Origin: Octopus sinensis
Lineage: Eukaryota
DNA: 64,000 nucleotides
Reading direction: 5' to 3'
Assembly (NCBI RefSeq): GCF_006345805.1
Contig: NC_043004.1
Span: 64,666,001 to 64,730,000, forward strand
Numbering within the stretch: the first letter of the stretch is position 1; each line of letters begins with the position of its first letter. A program made the translations under genes and the position numbers. Positions 13,010-26,808 of this stretch are shown piece after piece. Below the pieces are notes generated by a model. It did no database searches and was not told the DNA's origin. It saw only the letters and a list, made by a program, of their open reading frames with translations.

Positions 13010-13696
13010 TTCTATTCAATGCCACTATCAGTTATAGACAAAACAGATTCTTTGTTTACTTAGCAAAGTCAGAGAGATCTATTTCCATTAGATGGAATCG
13101 GTTTAATACAGCAGATTGCTACATTTACTGAGTCTTAGCAATTTCCATCATTGATTTACATTGATTTTGTTTTTGTTTTTTGAGGGTTTTTTTTTCATTT
13201 TTGGATGGGCGGCAGGCGGGGAAGTCTTATTCATTTGTTATTTTGCTACATTTTTTCACATGCATGTTACGCCTGTGTGTATGTTTGCATAAATGTATGT
13301 ATGTATGTTAGTGTTTGTAGGTATCTATATGTAAAGGTACGTCTGTGTATCACAACATACATGCACACACATACTTGTCTCCATTCCACCAACACAGGTG
13401 TGTGTGTGGGTGTATGCTTTGTAGATATGTGTATGAGAAAAAGTTATGTTTTACAAGCAATTTTTCATGTGGGGCTTTTTTCTGCTTATCATTATTCGAC
13501 TGTACATACATTTGAATATGTCCCATGCTAGCATGGAAAGCGGACGTTAAACGATGATGATGATGATATATATATATATACACACACACACGCATGCATA
13601 TATATATAATATATATATATACACACATGCATACACACACATGCATAAATATATATATGTGTGTGTGTATTTATATACACACACACTCACACATGC

Positions 13697-13732
<36 letters not shown>

Positions 13733-13755
13733 GTACACCTTCACATGCATGTATG

Positions 13756-13798
<43 letters not shown>

Positions 13799-13820
13799 AC
13801 ACACACAAACTCACACATGC

Positions 13821-13851
<31 letters not shown>

Positions 13852-15330
13852 CACCTACACATGCTGTATATAGGATGGAGAGGGAAAGGAAAGCAAGGTA
13901 GTTGTGTGTTAGTATACATTTGCATATCATCTAATATTAATGCATACTTAGATAATCTAAAACACAGAAAAAGAAAACATACATATACAAAACAACAAAA
14001 AAATCAGATATGGGAATAGACTAACAAACAAACATACAAAAAGGCAAAACACACACACACCAGCCACAGAAGCTGCAACACAAATACCATATCAAAATCA
14101 ATTGATTTTTTAATCATTAGTATTAATTACTTAAAGAGAATTGGTATGTAGTGCCGGCAAATGGGCAAAACTATGTATTATCTACGCTTTCTTCCCCAGA
14201 CTTCTGCTATTTTGGTTCAGCATGTTGGCAACTACGATATTTCACTGGAAGACGCAGTTCCAAATATCAGCTACTTTGCCAATAATGTATAGTTACATTT
14301 TCGATGATAGAATCATATTTGTTCCTCATTAAACATACACACATTTTCAGGGTGGGATTTCAGGGTGAGGTAGCATTGGCGGTTAGTTTTCAAATTTCTT
14401 TCTTCCTCTTGCTCCTCTCTCTATCCTCTCTTTCTGCTCCCACTCTCTGTCTCCTCCTTCTCTCTCCTCTTCACCTCTTTATTTCGCACTGGAAGAAATT
14501 ATCTTTAGTCACACTTGAAGAATGAGGAGCTCTGCCAGGTTTCAAAATGCTGAAAACATTTCTCAGGCCACACAGAGACTTTATGACTCCATCAGGAGTT
14601 TAGTAGCCTGAGGATTTTTACTTTCTTTCTGTCCCTCCAAAATTATTGCAATTTAGTCCCATGTAAGTTTTGAATAAGCAGAACAGACCAATAATCAAAG
14701 GCATTCCATTCTTGACCATCCCATCTAGCCTTATTTTCATATATCATATCCAAGACTACAATATTCAGAATCCTTTTACATGTTTTTAAGAGGTAATCTC
14801 TTGATTTGAGGAAGATTTGGGAGCTATTTCTAGCAGATTAAGTTGACTATATGGGAGATTCCCAAGGTTGATAAAATAAATGCCAGCCAAATATTGGTAC
14901 TTGATTAAATTAAATTAAGCTTCAACTCCCAAGACCCTAACTTTGGACTTAATTTATGGAATTATTATCATTATATTTGGCCTTCTTAAGGTAGTGAGGT
15001 AGCATAAATGGTTGATTGTTGATTGTAGTATTTATTTAGATTTTCCACATTCTGAGTTCACCTTTTATCCATCTGGATCAATAAAATAAGGCACCTGTCA
15101 AGAACCAAAGTCAATGGCATCAAGTAACTCAGTCCTAAATTCAAAACCATTATTCATCATCATCATTATCATCGTCATCATCTTTTAATGTCAGCTTCCC
15201 ATGCTTTGACCAGAGCTGGAGAGCTGCACCAGGTTCCAGTCTGATTTGACATGGTTTCTACTGCTGGATGCCCTTCCTAATACCAATCACTTTATAGTGT
15301 GTGCTGGTGCTTTTTACATAGCACCAGCAC

Positions 15331-15418
<88 letters not shown>

Positions 15419-15635
15419 TAATAATATCACAATATCTAATATCATGATGTTGTTGATTGAAGATATTGCTTTTACCAGGGGGTTTGTATTGTCTGTCAAG
15501 TGACAATAAGGACCTCAGATATGCTGTACTTTATGCAATATGTGTGCAGTTCCAGGTAATGCCAATTTTTGCAATACACCTAGATTGTAGGGTCTTTTTG
15601 AAGTTTCCATATGTTTTTTCATATTATTATTATTA

Positions 15636-15678
<43 letters not shown>

Positions 15679-16323
15679 GTCAGTGAGCTTGCAAAATCGT
15701 TAGTAGGCTGGACAAAATTCTTAACAGTATTTCACTCATTGCTCTGTTCTGAGTTTAAATTTCATCCTAGTCGACTTTCCAGGGTTGATAAAATAAGTCC
15801 CAATTGAAGACTGGAGTTGATGTAATCAGCTCATCTCCTCCCAGCAAATTGCTGCTCTTGTGGTAAAATTTGAAACCATTATTATTATTGTTGTTGCTTT
15901 TGTTGTTGGCAAGCTGGCAGAATAATTAGCATGTTGGAGAAAATTCTTCCAACTCTCCACACTCTGGGTTCAAATTTGACTTTACCTTTCATCCTTTCAG
16001 GATAGTTGAGCACTGGACTCAGTGTAATCGACTATTCATCTCCCCTTAAAATTGCTGGCTTTGTTCCAAAATTTGAAAACCATTATTATTATTATATTTT
16101 TTTCCCCTGTATGGAGACTTTTTTCTCTCTTTGCTACACTATTACAATAGTTTATACTATTACATCCATAAAAAAACCCTTCAAAATAATATGAACATCA
16201 CAACCTGACATTTTTTTATATGGCTTTTTCTACATATAGCTCAAGCTAAATGTCTGCTAAAAATATTGTTTTGCCTTATATTCCATAAACTAATGTTTGT
16301 TCTCTTCTTCTATCTATTTCCAG

Positions 16324-16452
16324 AAGACAGAAAGTTGTTTGTCGGCATGCTCAATAAACAGCAAACAGAAGATGACATACGTCAGTTATTTCAGCCTTAT
16401 GGGACGATTGAAGAATGCACAATACTGCGAGATCAAAATGGAAATAGCAAGG
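16324..16452 (+). CDS. CELF: Internal coding exon of a CELF3-6 (Bruno-like/CUGBP Elav-like) RNA-binding protein, first half of RRM2
   Basis: Pyrimidine tract plus CAG acceptor (16321-16323) and G|gtaaga donor (16453). The exon is 129 nt, phase 1-1, and encodes (E)[42 protein letters not shown](G), including RNP2 LFVGML. This closely matches CELF4/CELF3 RRM2 as I recall it. Confidence 0.96.
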
Positions 16453-18644
16453 GTAAGATAGTAATGTTCTTCAGTTCTTCTTCTAATATTTCACTATCCA
16501 TAGAATCCTTTACTGTCAAGCCATTGAATGTTTAGATGCCGGTGGTGTGTTACAGCTGACCAGACATTGAATCCATTTTGGTAATAGTAATTTCTGGCAC
16601 TGGAAACACACATGCATCTTTTCTCCTTTTATTTCTGTCTTTTACTTGTTTCAGTCATTAGACTGCGGTCATGCTAGGGCATGGCCTTTTAGTCAAATGA
16701 ATCGACCTCTACTTTTTATCTCTTTTAAGCCTGGCACTAATTATTTATAATAAACACACCAACACCATTTGTCAAGTGGTGGTATGGGGACAAACACACA
16801 TACTTAAATATATATTTGTATAATTATGTATAAATATTTGTATAATTATGTATAAATATATATAGATATATATAATATCAATACAGAGCAAATAATATGC
16901 TGACCCACTTAAACAGAGAGTGAGATCAAGAGAAACATTAAAGCATATCATGTCAAATAAATCAATGTGGTATCAGCAATGCCAAATGCATGGTGCCAAA
17001 ATGGCTATGCCAAAACATCTCCTACCTGCCAAGCCGCACTTCCTACTTTACCCTACTCCAAGTTCACCATTGGTTCTGTGCTTACCTTATCTAGCGAGCA
17101 GAATCATCTTCTGTCACCATTTCTTGTCATCCTTCCTATTTCAAAGCATCAAAAGTCTCCCCACTTCACTAGCTCTTTCAATCTTTGAGAACCACAACTA
17201 TCTAGAACTCTGCCACCCTGAAGAAGTTAGGCCTGAAGCTCAACAACCTCAACCACAACTGTTGAGATAAAGGGTAGGGATCTTACAGAGGCTATAAGCA
17301 CTTCCTTTACCATTTTGTTCTGAAAAAAATATAAAACAAAATAAAAACAATGAAATTTGAAATATTCAATCCAGCTTTTCAAACCTTTTTATCAACTGAA
17401 AACTCAAACATTATCATCTGCAAGTTTTCTTCATGGATACCTTTATCGTTGTTAAATACATTATACTGCCTTCATATATATTATACCATCTTTGTAGACA
17501 TTATTCCACCTTCACATACACTTTACACCTCCTTCACATGTACCACATTCTTATACTTTGTACCATTTGAATATATATCATACAACCTCCTCATACACTT
17601 ATCATGCATTACACCACCTTCCTCATCCTAAGATAACAAAAGAACAAAAAAAGTAAAGTGTCAACAGTGTACTGAGGGGCAATCAATCTATTGTAACCCT
17701 ATCTGTACTGATTTTGCAACCCATTACTAATTGTTGATCAAAGTCAGATCACTTCAATAATGCTGCTAGAGAAAAGACCTTGAAGGATGAATCACCAATG
17801 TAGCTTTGGTCTGCTAGAAATAGCAGCCAGATTTCTCTGCTATCACAAGCAGTTTCTTAAAAACAGAAACTCACACATATTTAACCACTAGACTCTGGTG
17901 TGCAAGTTACCTAATGCACTCAACAAGTTTTTGAAATGAGTTATTAAATGTTGGGACATTTAAAAACAATCATGCTTTTAATGCATTGCATGGGTGTATC
18001 AAAGTGCAACACATGCATCCATTTCTATTCTAAAACAATTTCTATATCAATTTTGTTTTCTTAATATATAGGTATAGCTGTGTAGTAAGAAGTTTTCTTC
18101 CCAACCACATGGTTCTGGGTTCAGTCCCACTGTGTGGCATTTTGGGCAAATGTCTCCTACTATAGATTCAGGTTGACCAGTGCCTTGTGGGTGGATTTGG
18201 AAGACAGAAACTGAAAGAACAACAACGTGTGTGTGTGTGTGTCTTGTTTGTCCCCTACCTCTACACGGCAACAAGTGTTGGTATGTTTACCTTCCCATAA
18301 CTTAGTGGAGACTGACAGAATAAGTATCAAACTTCAAAAAAATAAGTGCTGGGATCAATTTAGTCAACTAAAATTCTTCAAGGTGGTGCCCCAGCATGGT
18401 CACAGTCTAATGACTGAAACAAGTAAGAGCTAAAAAAAATATAAACAAAACTTCTAGAAAAGTAATGATGTGTCATAACACTTTGAGCATTTTGTTCAAT
18501 GAGTCATGGGTTGTCAATCAGTGCATTAGATAATGTAGTACTAGATATACATTGACAGGAAAAACCACAGGATGGTCACATCTGGAACTGCTTTCAGAGC
18601 TGCTTTGAAGCTAAACAACATCAACAGATCTCAAATGTTTCAAT

Positions 18645-18858
18645 ACCAATCTGGCTGAAACCGCCCCTGGCTCTGTAGTACAAATGTCTTGTTTTCATAA
18701 GTTTTGAATTAAAATCTTCCACCAAACCTTAGTCACAGTTTATGTTCCTAACACTAGCTTAATGATAACTAAGTTATTTTACTAAATTCTTTGTTATATT
18801 TAAAATTAATTGAAAAAAACACAGAGCATCTCAAAATTAATACAGTAACGAAAGGGTT
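18645..18858. mobile_element. Possible piggyBac-like MITE remnant
   Basis: The right end is GTAACGAAAGGGTT, a CCC-type terminus. The left end was not resolved. Confidence 0.35.
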
Positions 18859-20009
18859 GCAGAGTACAAAATCTTTCCTCTTTATCTCTTATAAACTTGC
18901 AGCTTATATGTCAGAAACAAAAGTCTATATCTGGTGAGTGTATATGAATATGTACTTAAGAAAGATATTTAAAATTGAAATTTTAAGGTAGATTTATTGA
19001 ATCTATTCCATAGCTACACATGTGGCACCTTGGGAAAGTGTCTTCAACCAGAACCTGGTGAAAGGATTTGGTAGACAGAAACTGAAAGAATCCCCCTTGT
19101 ATATAATAAATGTCTTCATCTTGAGATTGTACACTAGTCATAAATGAGCTTTACCATCATACAAGTGGTGTCATTGCAACATTCTATGAAATCACATCTG
19201 GGAATTGTTCTGATTGGGTTCAAGGTAAATATTAAATATTAAAAATATTAAACCCAATATAAATTGGATTCAAGGTAAATAGGTAAATATTAACCCACCT
19301 GGAAATAGAAATAGGTGAAAGTTAGCAACAGGAAGAACATCTAACCATAGAAAATCTGCCCCAACAAATGTCATCTGACTAACACAAGCATGGAAATGCA
19401 GGCATTAAAATGATGATGATGATGATGATGACAACACTGGCAGCAACAGTGATGACACACACGTACAATTTTGAAACTATAAGCTTCATCACAAAATGTA
19501 ATTGAAGTTGTTTTGACTAGTTTCATTTTCTACTCAGAATCATCAGAAAACAAGGACTTTTGCTTTGCCAAGAGAATGGTTACTTGTAGTTATTTATATC
19601 TAAACACAAACCAAGACTCAGTTTCAATAATTTTAAACGTTATCTTGTCTCCATAATCAAGAATCTTATAGGAGCCAATAAGAAGACAGCTTTTATACGA
19701 TTCCTCAGCCTGGTAGAAATAGCTGCAAAATTCCCTAAAGTCATACCCCACTATCATCATCATTATCACCATCCTCATCATTTTAATGTCCACTTTTCCA
19801 TGCTTGCATGAGTCTAAGGGAATTCGTTGATGCAGATTTTCCATGACTGGATGCTCTTGTTTTCATCCAACTTGTTTCCCCATGGCCAGACGTTTTCTCT
19901 GAAGACTAAAAAGGAGGGACCTGCTTGTTCGACCATGACTCTTGTTTTATAACTAACATGGAATGTCAAGACTTGGGGTCACACACACACACACATATAT
20001 ATATATATA

Positions 20010-20411
20010 CTCTTTTACTCTTTTACTTGTTTCAGTCATTTGACTGTGGCCATGCTGGAGCACCGCCTTTAGTCAAACAAATCGACCCCAGGACTTATTC
20101 TTTGTAAGCCCAGTACTTATTCTATCGGTCTCTTTTGCCGAACCGCTAAGTGACGGGGACGTAAACACACCAGCATCGGTTGTCAAGCAATGCTAGGGGG
20201 ACAAACGCAGACACACAAACATATATATATATATACATACATATATACGACGGGCTTCTTTCAGTTTCCGTCTACCAAATCCACTCACAAGGCTTTGGTT
20301 GGCCCGAGGCTATAGTTGAAGACACTTGCCCAAGATGCCACGCAGTGGGACTGAACCCGGAACCATGTGGTTGGTAAGCAAGCTACTTACCACAGAGCCA
20401 CTCTTGCGCCT
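20010..20411 (-). mobile_element. Young-looking full-length copy of SINE family A (CpGs retained)
   Basis: Reverse complement of the 1622/4453 family with many CpG dinucleotides intact. Confidence 0.85.
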
Positions 20412-20424
20412 ATATATATATATA

Positions 20425-20993
<569 letters not shown>

Positions 20994-21094
20994 ATATATT
21001 AGAAGAAATGAGGTAATCAGAAGATTGGATGGTTTATATTTACAGATCTTTATTTATATATTACATTTTTTACATATATATCATATCACTTAGA

Positions 21095-21135
21095 TCATTA
21101 GCGCTTTCTCCCATTCTAGTGGGGTTTTCAAATCA
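21095..21135 (-). ncRNA. Possible degenerate minimal hammerhead motif
   Basis: The minus strand reads TGAT-TTGAAAA-C-CCCA(CTAGAA)TGGG-A-GAAA-GCGC-TA-ATGA, with palindromic AGCGCT, a weak stem I and AATAAA downstream. Confidence 0.4.
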
Positions 21136-21659
21136 AAATAATTCCTTTGTGGGGAATTTTAATCATTTTATAGTGGTGGGGAGGAACAAGACAGCACAAG
21201 AGGGTGAGGTGGATGAGGAGGAAGTAGTGAGAGAGAAAACATGTGTGTGTGTGTGTATCTGAGGCCAAAGAGAAAGAGGGGAAGGAAGAGGGAAGAAGAA
21301 GGATTTCCTTTGGTCTGCTGGACAGAACACTGACTCCAAGGGGGTTCTAAGAATTTCAGCTTTGACCACTTCAGTGTCACTGAGTGTGTGGTGGTGGGTA
21401 GGCAGGCCATAAATTACACCTCCTTTTATCATTTTGAGAATGGTCAAATGCCGTTTGGGGTCTAAGAACTCTTTCCACTTTTTATGATCGTTTTGTAGAG
21501 GTGTGTGTCTGTGTGTGTTTGTGTGTGTTTGTGTGTGTGTGTGCGTGTGTGTGTGCATGTCTCTGTGTGTTTGGAGAAGGGGAGAGAGACAAAAAGAGAA
21601 AAGGGAAAAGAAAAATAAGGGAGGAAGGGGGAAAAAATTGTGTTGATATTTATACCACT

Positions 21660-22958
21660 ATATATATATATACATGCTTATACATGAAATATTTGAAAAA
21701 AAACCTTTTATCGGTTCAAAATGAACAATTAAATTACACCATCTTGAAAATTATATATCATAGGAAAGTTAAAATTAAAGTGACAATTAAAAAGTAAAGA
21801 TGGAAGTAAATTATAAAAATAATATAATGTATATAACAGGCAGTATATATATATATACACACACACACACATATATATACATATACAGACGTATACTAAA
21901 TGTTCTACTATATTAGATTGTAAATCGAAAGATGTGTCCTTCAATGTCACTATATATATATATACATGCTTACACATGAAATATTAGAAAAAAACCACCT
22001 TCTATCGATTCAAAAGGAACAATCAAATTACACCATCTTGAAAATTGCATATCATAGGAAGTTTAAAATTAGAATGACAATTGGCAAGTAAAGATCAAGT
22101 AAATTACAAAAACAATATAATGTATATAACAGATAATATATATATACACACACCTATATATATATATATACACACACATATTAAATGTTCTACTATATTA
22201 TATTGTAAATCGAAAGATTTGTCCTTCAATGTATGATGAGTAAAGTTTCCGCCATTTAATTTGGGGGAGAACTTAGCTATGAAATATTTTTCCATATTCC
22301 TCCTGAAAGAGGTGTCATTCTTCGGACATTTGTAGAAGGGAAAGATCTTAAATTTTCCTTCTCCACATGTAGCTAGGTGTGTACTTTGTAGCTAGTGGTA
22401 TTTTGTGTAGTTCTTCCTGCCGAATATGTTGTCGGTGAATCCTGGCTCGCTGGCACAAAGAATTACCAGTTTCACCTACGTAATTTTCCTTGCACGTGGG
22501 GCAGGTTATGCAGTATATAAAGTTCTGCATCTTGCAGTTCATATCTGTATTTACTTTGAATATGTCACCACTTTTAAATCTCATCTCTCTGTTTCCCTCT
22601 ATGCATTTGTAGGTGGGGTTGCTGCAGATCCCACATCTACCATCTCCGCACTCTTTTGCAAAGAATTCCGTTTTAGTTTCTGAAGAGAATTTCGCTCTTG
22701 TTAGGTGTTTCTTTAGGTTTTTGTTCTGTCGTCTACTGTTTTTTATGCTATATTTGTTTAATATGTTTTCCATTTTGGGGCTTTGTAAGGCTATTGGTAG
22801 GTTTGAATGTATGGTTTGGAAGATGTTGGTAACTCCAGGGTTGTGTGTGTTTATAAAAGGGATAGTGTTTTCTTTGTTTTTTGTTTTGGGTGTCCTGAGT
22901 TGTGTGATGTCTAGTTTTAATGCTCTTGTGATTCCATTTTCTATTAGTTTAAGGGGGT
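21660..22958 (-). mobile_element. 5'-truncated Penelope-like retroelement: RT-EN linker, GIY-YIG endonuclease and tandemly duplicated 3' tail
   Basis: The ORF reads YPLKLI...IPFINTHNP...RRQNKNLKKHLTRAKF...CGDGRCGIC...NCKMQNFIYCITCPTCKENYVGETG...RIHRQH. After a frameshift near 22385 it continues ...MEKYFIAKFSPKLN. The Cys-rich linker suggests the Neptune group. The ~290 bp tail is present twice (21660-21946, 21950-22232), with (TA)n at both ends. Confidence 0.9.
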
Positions 22959-23782
22959 ATATATATATATATATATTATCATCATCATCATCAACACTTA
23001 ACATATGTTGTCTACGCTGGGATGGGTTGGACAGTTTGACAGGAACTGCAAGGTCAGGGGCTACACCAGGTTCCATAGTCTGTTTTGGTTTGGTTTCTAT
23101 GGCTAGATGCCCTTCCTAATGTCAACCAATCCATGGAAGGTACTGTGTGCTTTTTACATGGCACTAGTACCCACACCAATGCTTTTTACACAGCACCTTG
23201 GTTTTAGGGCTTTTTACTAGGCACAGTTTACATAGTGTGTGTTGTGTTTCCATCAACCAAATCCAGAGCTTTGGTAGAAGATATTTGCTCAAGGTGCCAT
23301 GCAGTGGAACTGAAGCCAAAACCACGTAGTCAAGAAGCAAACTGTTTAACCACTCACTCAAAGACAAGATGGTCACAGCTGGAGTACCTATGATCATAGA
23401 TCTACTCAATCAGGACTAACCTGAGGTTAAATAACAGTAACTGGTGAAAATCACAATTTCTGGTTTTTTCTTTTTCTGGAAATAATAAAAATTACAATTG
23501 AAAAGAAACTGAAGAAGAACCAAATGCTGCATTACAAGTGGGGAAGACCAAACATTTCAGGCAGATTGAAATTTTGGACTGTAAGATGAAGTATAAGAGT
23601 GCAGATTTGGACAAGACACTTTGACAGAGAACAAAAGGTACTGACGGAAATGTTAATCTCCACTACTTTACCGCAAGACCCACCAACTTATACAGCCTCT
23701 CCAATTCTATTTTTATTCTTCTCAATCTGATAAATGCCAACACAGACCATCTCTAAGCCTACACAGCAGTTGGATTGGATTT

Positions 23783-23850
<68 letters not shown>

Positions 23851-24065
23851 TTCTCTCTCCTGTTTTATTCACTTTCTCAGTGATTTTTTTTTACCACCCC
23901 CACTTCATCTTCATTTTATTTTAATGATTTTTAAAATATATTATTGTCATTGATTGATTGATTGATTTCATTGATTTTTTTTTATGTATTTATTTTCTAT
24001 GTTTTTCAATGATTTTTTTTTCTGAATTAGAGTTGACATTTTTCCAATATTAAATACTTTTGCAG

Positions 24066-24145
24066 GTTGTGCGTTTGTCAAGTTCTCTACTCACGCTGAG
24101 GCACAAGCAGCAATTAATGCTCTCCATGGTAGTCAGACAATGCCA
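24066..24145 (+). CDS. CELF: Next coding exon of the same CELF gene, second half of RRM2 (not in the ORF track)
   Basis: ttttgcag acceptor (AG 24064-24065) and CCA|gtaagt donor (24146). The exon is 80 nt, phase 1-0, and encodes (G)[26 protein letters not shown]. It completes RNP1 KGCAFVKF in frame with the previous exon. Confidence 0.96.
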
Positions 24146-24533
24146 GTAAGTAGCAAATGATAGAATCATCCGGAAACTAATTTCCCTTTTTTTTTAGTGT
24201 TATATCTATTTATTTATTGTATTATTATTATTATTATTTATTGTATTATTATTAATAGTATTATTATTATTACCATAAAAGTATTTCTGTACTAAAATTA
24301 TGATTAAGGTGATTGACTGAATTTACAGTACAGCATCTACAGCTTCTAGTTAATGCCTTTGTGGTATATAATAATATTTGATTACATTCTGAGTTCAAGT
24401 CCTGTGAAGTCCCAAGTTTGCCTTTTATCCTTCTGGGGTCATTAAAATATGTACTAGTCAAGACACAGGAAGTCAGTTAAATTGCTTACACCTCCTCCAC
24501 TTCAAAATTTATAGTCTTGAAACAAAGTTAGAA

Positions 24534-24570
<37 letters not shown>

Positions 24571-24632
24571 TATTATTAATATTATTTTAATTTTTATTAT
24601 TATTATTATTATTGTTGTTGTTGTTGTTGTGT

Positions 24633-25178
24633 TAAGGTGGTGAGCTGGCAGAATCGTTAGCATGCTGGGCAAAATGCTTAGCGGCATTTCAGCTCTCGTC
24701 ACGCTCTGAGTTCTAATTCTGTCAAGATTCACTTTGCCTTTCATCCTTTTGGGGTCAGTAATATAAGTAACAGTTGAACACTGGGATCATTGTAATTGAC
24801 ATACCCTTTCCCTTAAATTGCTGGCCTTGTGCCAAAATTATTATTATTATTAAAGCAAGAAGCTGGTAGGTCATTAGCACACTGGAGAAAGTGCTTTTTT
24901 GTAGTATTTCTTTAGGTCTTTCATTCCGAGCTCAAATTCCGCTGAGGTTGACTTTGACTTTCATCCTTTCGGGGTCAATAAATTAAGTACCAGTTGCATA
25001 CTGGGGTCAGTCTAATCAACTGGTCCCCCCCCCACCAAAAAAAAATTTCAGGCCTTGTGCCTAGAGTAGAAAAGAATAAAATAAGTACCAGTTACGCACT
25101 GGGATTGATGTAATCAACTAGCCCACTCCCCCAAAATTTCAGAACTTGTGCATATAGAAGAAAGGATTATTATTATTA

Positions 25179-25215
<37 letters not shown>

Positions 25216-25430
25216 GGCAGTGAGTTGGCAGTATAGTTAGCACATCAGAGAAAATATTTAGTGGTATTTCTTCCAGCTCTTTACATTCTGAGTTCAAATC
25301 CTCTCATGGTCAACTTTGCCTTTCATCCTTCGGGGTTGATAAAATAAGATATCAGTCAAGTACTGAGATCAATATAATTAATTTAGCCCCCTTCTCTCAA
25401 AATGACTGGCCTTGTGCCAAAACTAGAAAG

Positions 25431-25466
<36 letters not shown>

Positions 25467-26808
25467 TGTTCCTTCTATTTGGTGGCAAACTGGCAGAGCC
25501 ACTAGCAGACTGGACAAAATGTTTGGCAGTATTTTGACCATTTTTACGTTCTGAATTCAAATACCATCAAGGTTGACTTTGCCTTTCATCATTTTGATGA
25601 AACAAGTACCAGTTGAGCACTGGGGGTTGATGTAATCGTCTTGCCCCTCCTCTCAAAAACTACTGGCTCAATGCTAAAATTTGAAACCATTATTGTATTT
25701 TTTTATTTCTTGTTTTTCTTTTCTTTTTGTATATAATGTAAAGTGTACTAGCCATCTGAATGTGGCTAGCCACTGGGGGTGGGTGTTACTGAAGCTTATA
25801 GCCCCTTTCTGTAAAACCCCTGCTTTGTTTTATTGTCCTTTACATTTTGTCTTTGAAAGCTTGTAGCAAATGAAGACCTTATTAATCACAATTATTTGAC
25901 ACCTCTCACCTGACAATGGGTGATCTTTGCTTTACCTTTTTCATGGTATTGAGGTCTGGGGAGAAACAGGAATTAATATAAATACCAAAAACATTCTATG
26001 GCCCCTCCTCTAAATATGACTTTCTGCTTGCTTTTAGAAATCAAAATTACCATTATCATTATTATTGCTGGCCTTGTGCCAAAATTTGAAACCAATATTA
26101 TCATTATTACCTCCACCTTAGCAAAGGCAGAGGTATTGTTTTCAGGCATGTTTGTGTTTGTCCATGGACAAGATATCTCAAGAACTGCTGGATTGATATG
26201 GATGAAACTTTCAGGGATGTTTGGCCTTGTGACTGGCATGAACTGATTAGACTTTGGAATTGATCTGGTTCTGGACAAGGATTCCGGATTATTTTTCCGA
26301 GTTGGATTCATTTTTAGTATTCTCATTTGTGAGAGCAGTAAAGTTTATTTCAGATATTCTCATTTTAAAAATCATCTCCAACTAATCGTTGAGAGGATGT
26401 TGGTGTTGTCTTGGCAGAGGTTTGCGCTCTCTGTCTGCTCTTGTTATTATTATTATTATAGGTGGTGAGCTGGCAGAATCATTAGCATGCTTACAGAATG
26501 CTTAGCAACATTTCATCTGTCTATGTTCAAATTCTGCTGAGGGTGATTTCACCCTTCATCTTTTTGGAGTTGATAAAATAAGTAGCAGTCAAAAACTGGG
26601 GTCAATTAAGTTGACTTACTCCTCCTCTGAAATTTCTAACCTTATGTGAAATATTGAAACCATTGTCATAGTTATTACTTAAGGTGAGCCTGCCTTTCAT
26701 CCTTTCAGAGTTGATAAATTAAGTACCAGCAAAATACTGGGGTCAATGTAATTGACTAGTCCTCTCCCTCAAAATTTCAGGCCTTGTGCCTTTAATAGAA
26801 AGGATTAT
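24633..26808 (+). mobile_element. Head-to-tail cluster of at least 6 SINE family B copies separated by (ATT)n
   Basis: Repeated GGTGAGCTGGCAGAATCGTTAGCA...CTGAGTTCAAAT...CCTTTCATCCTTT...TAAGTACCAG...CTGGGG units at about 24633, 24852, 25216, 25480, 26460 and 26690. More copies at 15676-16085. Confidence 0.85.
26106..26445 (+). mobile_element. Helentron/DINE-1-like non-autonomous element
   Basis: 5' TTACCTCCACC..GGCAGAGGTA hairpin, 3' subterminal inverted repeat CTTGGCAGAGGT plus a short stem-loop, and T-rich ends. A second copy is at 63361-63733. Confidence 0.65.

Noticed and set aside
16266-16535. 89 aa ORF as a complete gene
   Set aside because: Only 16324-16452 is exon. The flanks are intron read-through.
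21995-22065. Hammerhead-like CTTC-CTATGA...GAATCGATA-GAAG on the minus strand in the Penelope tail
   Set aside because: Both core halves lack a conserved base and stem II is unclear, so it is too degenerate to call.
22959-23076. N-terminal part of the 242 aa ORF 22348-23076
   Set aside because: It comes from an adjacent family C repeat and (TA)n, not from the Penelope ORF.
25973-26326. ORF similar to 63554-63790, suggesting a duplicated gene
   Set aside because: Both lie in copies of the same non-autonomous Helentron-like repeat.
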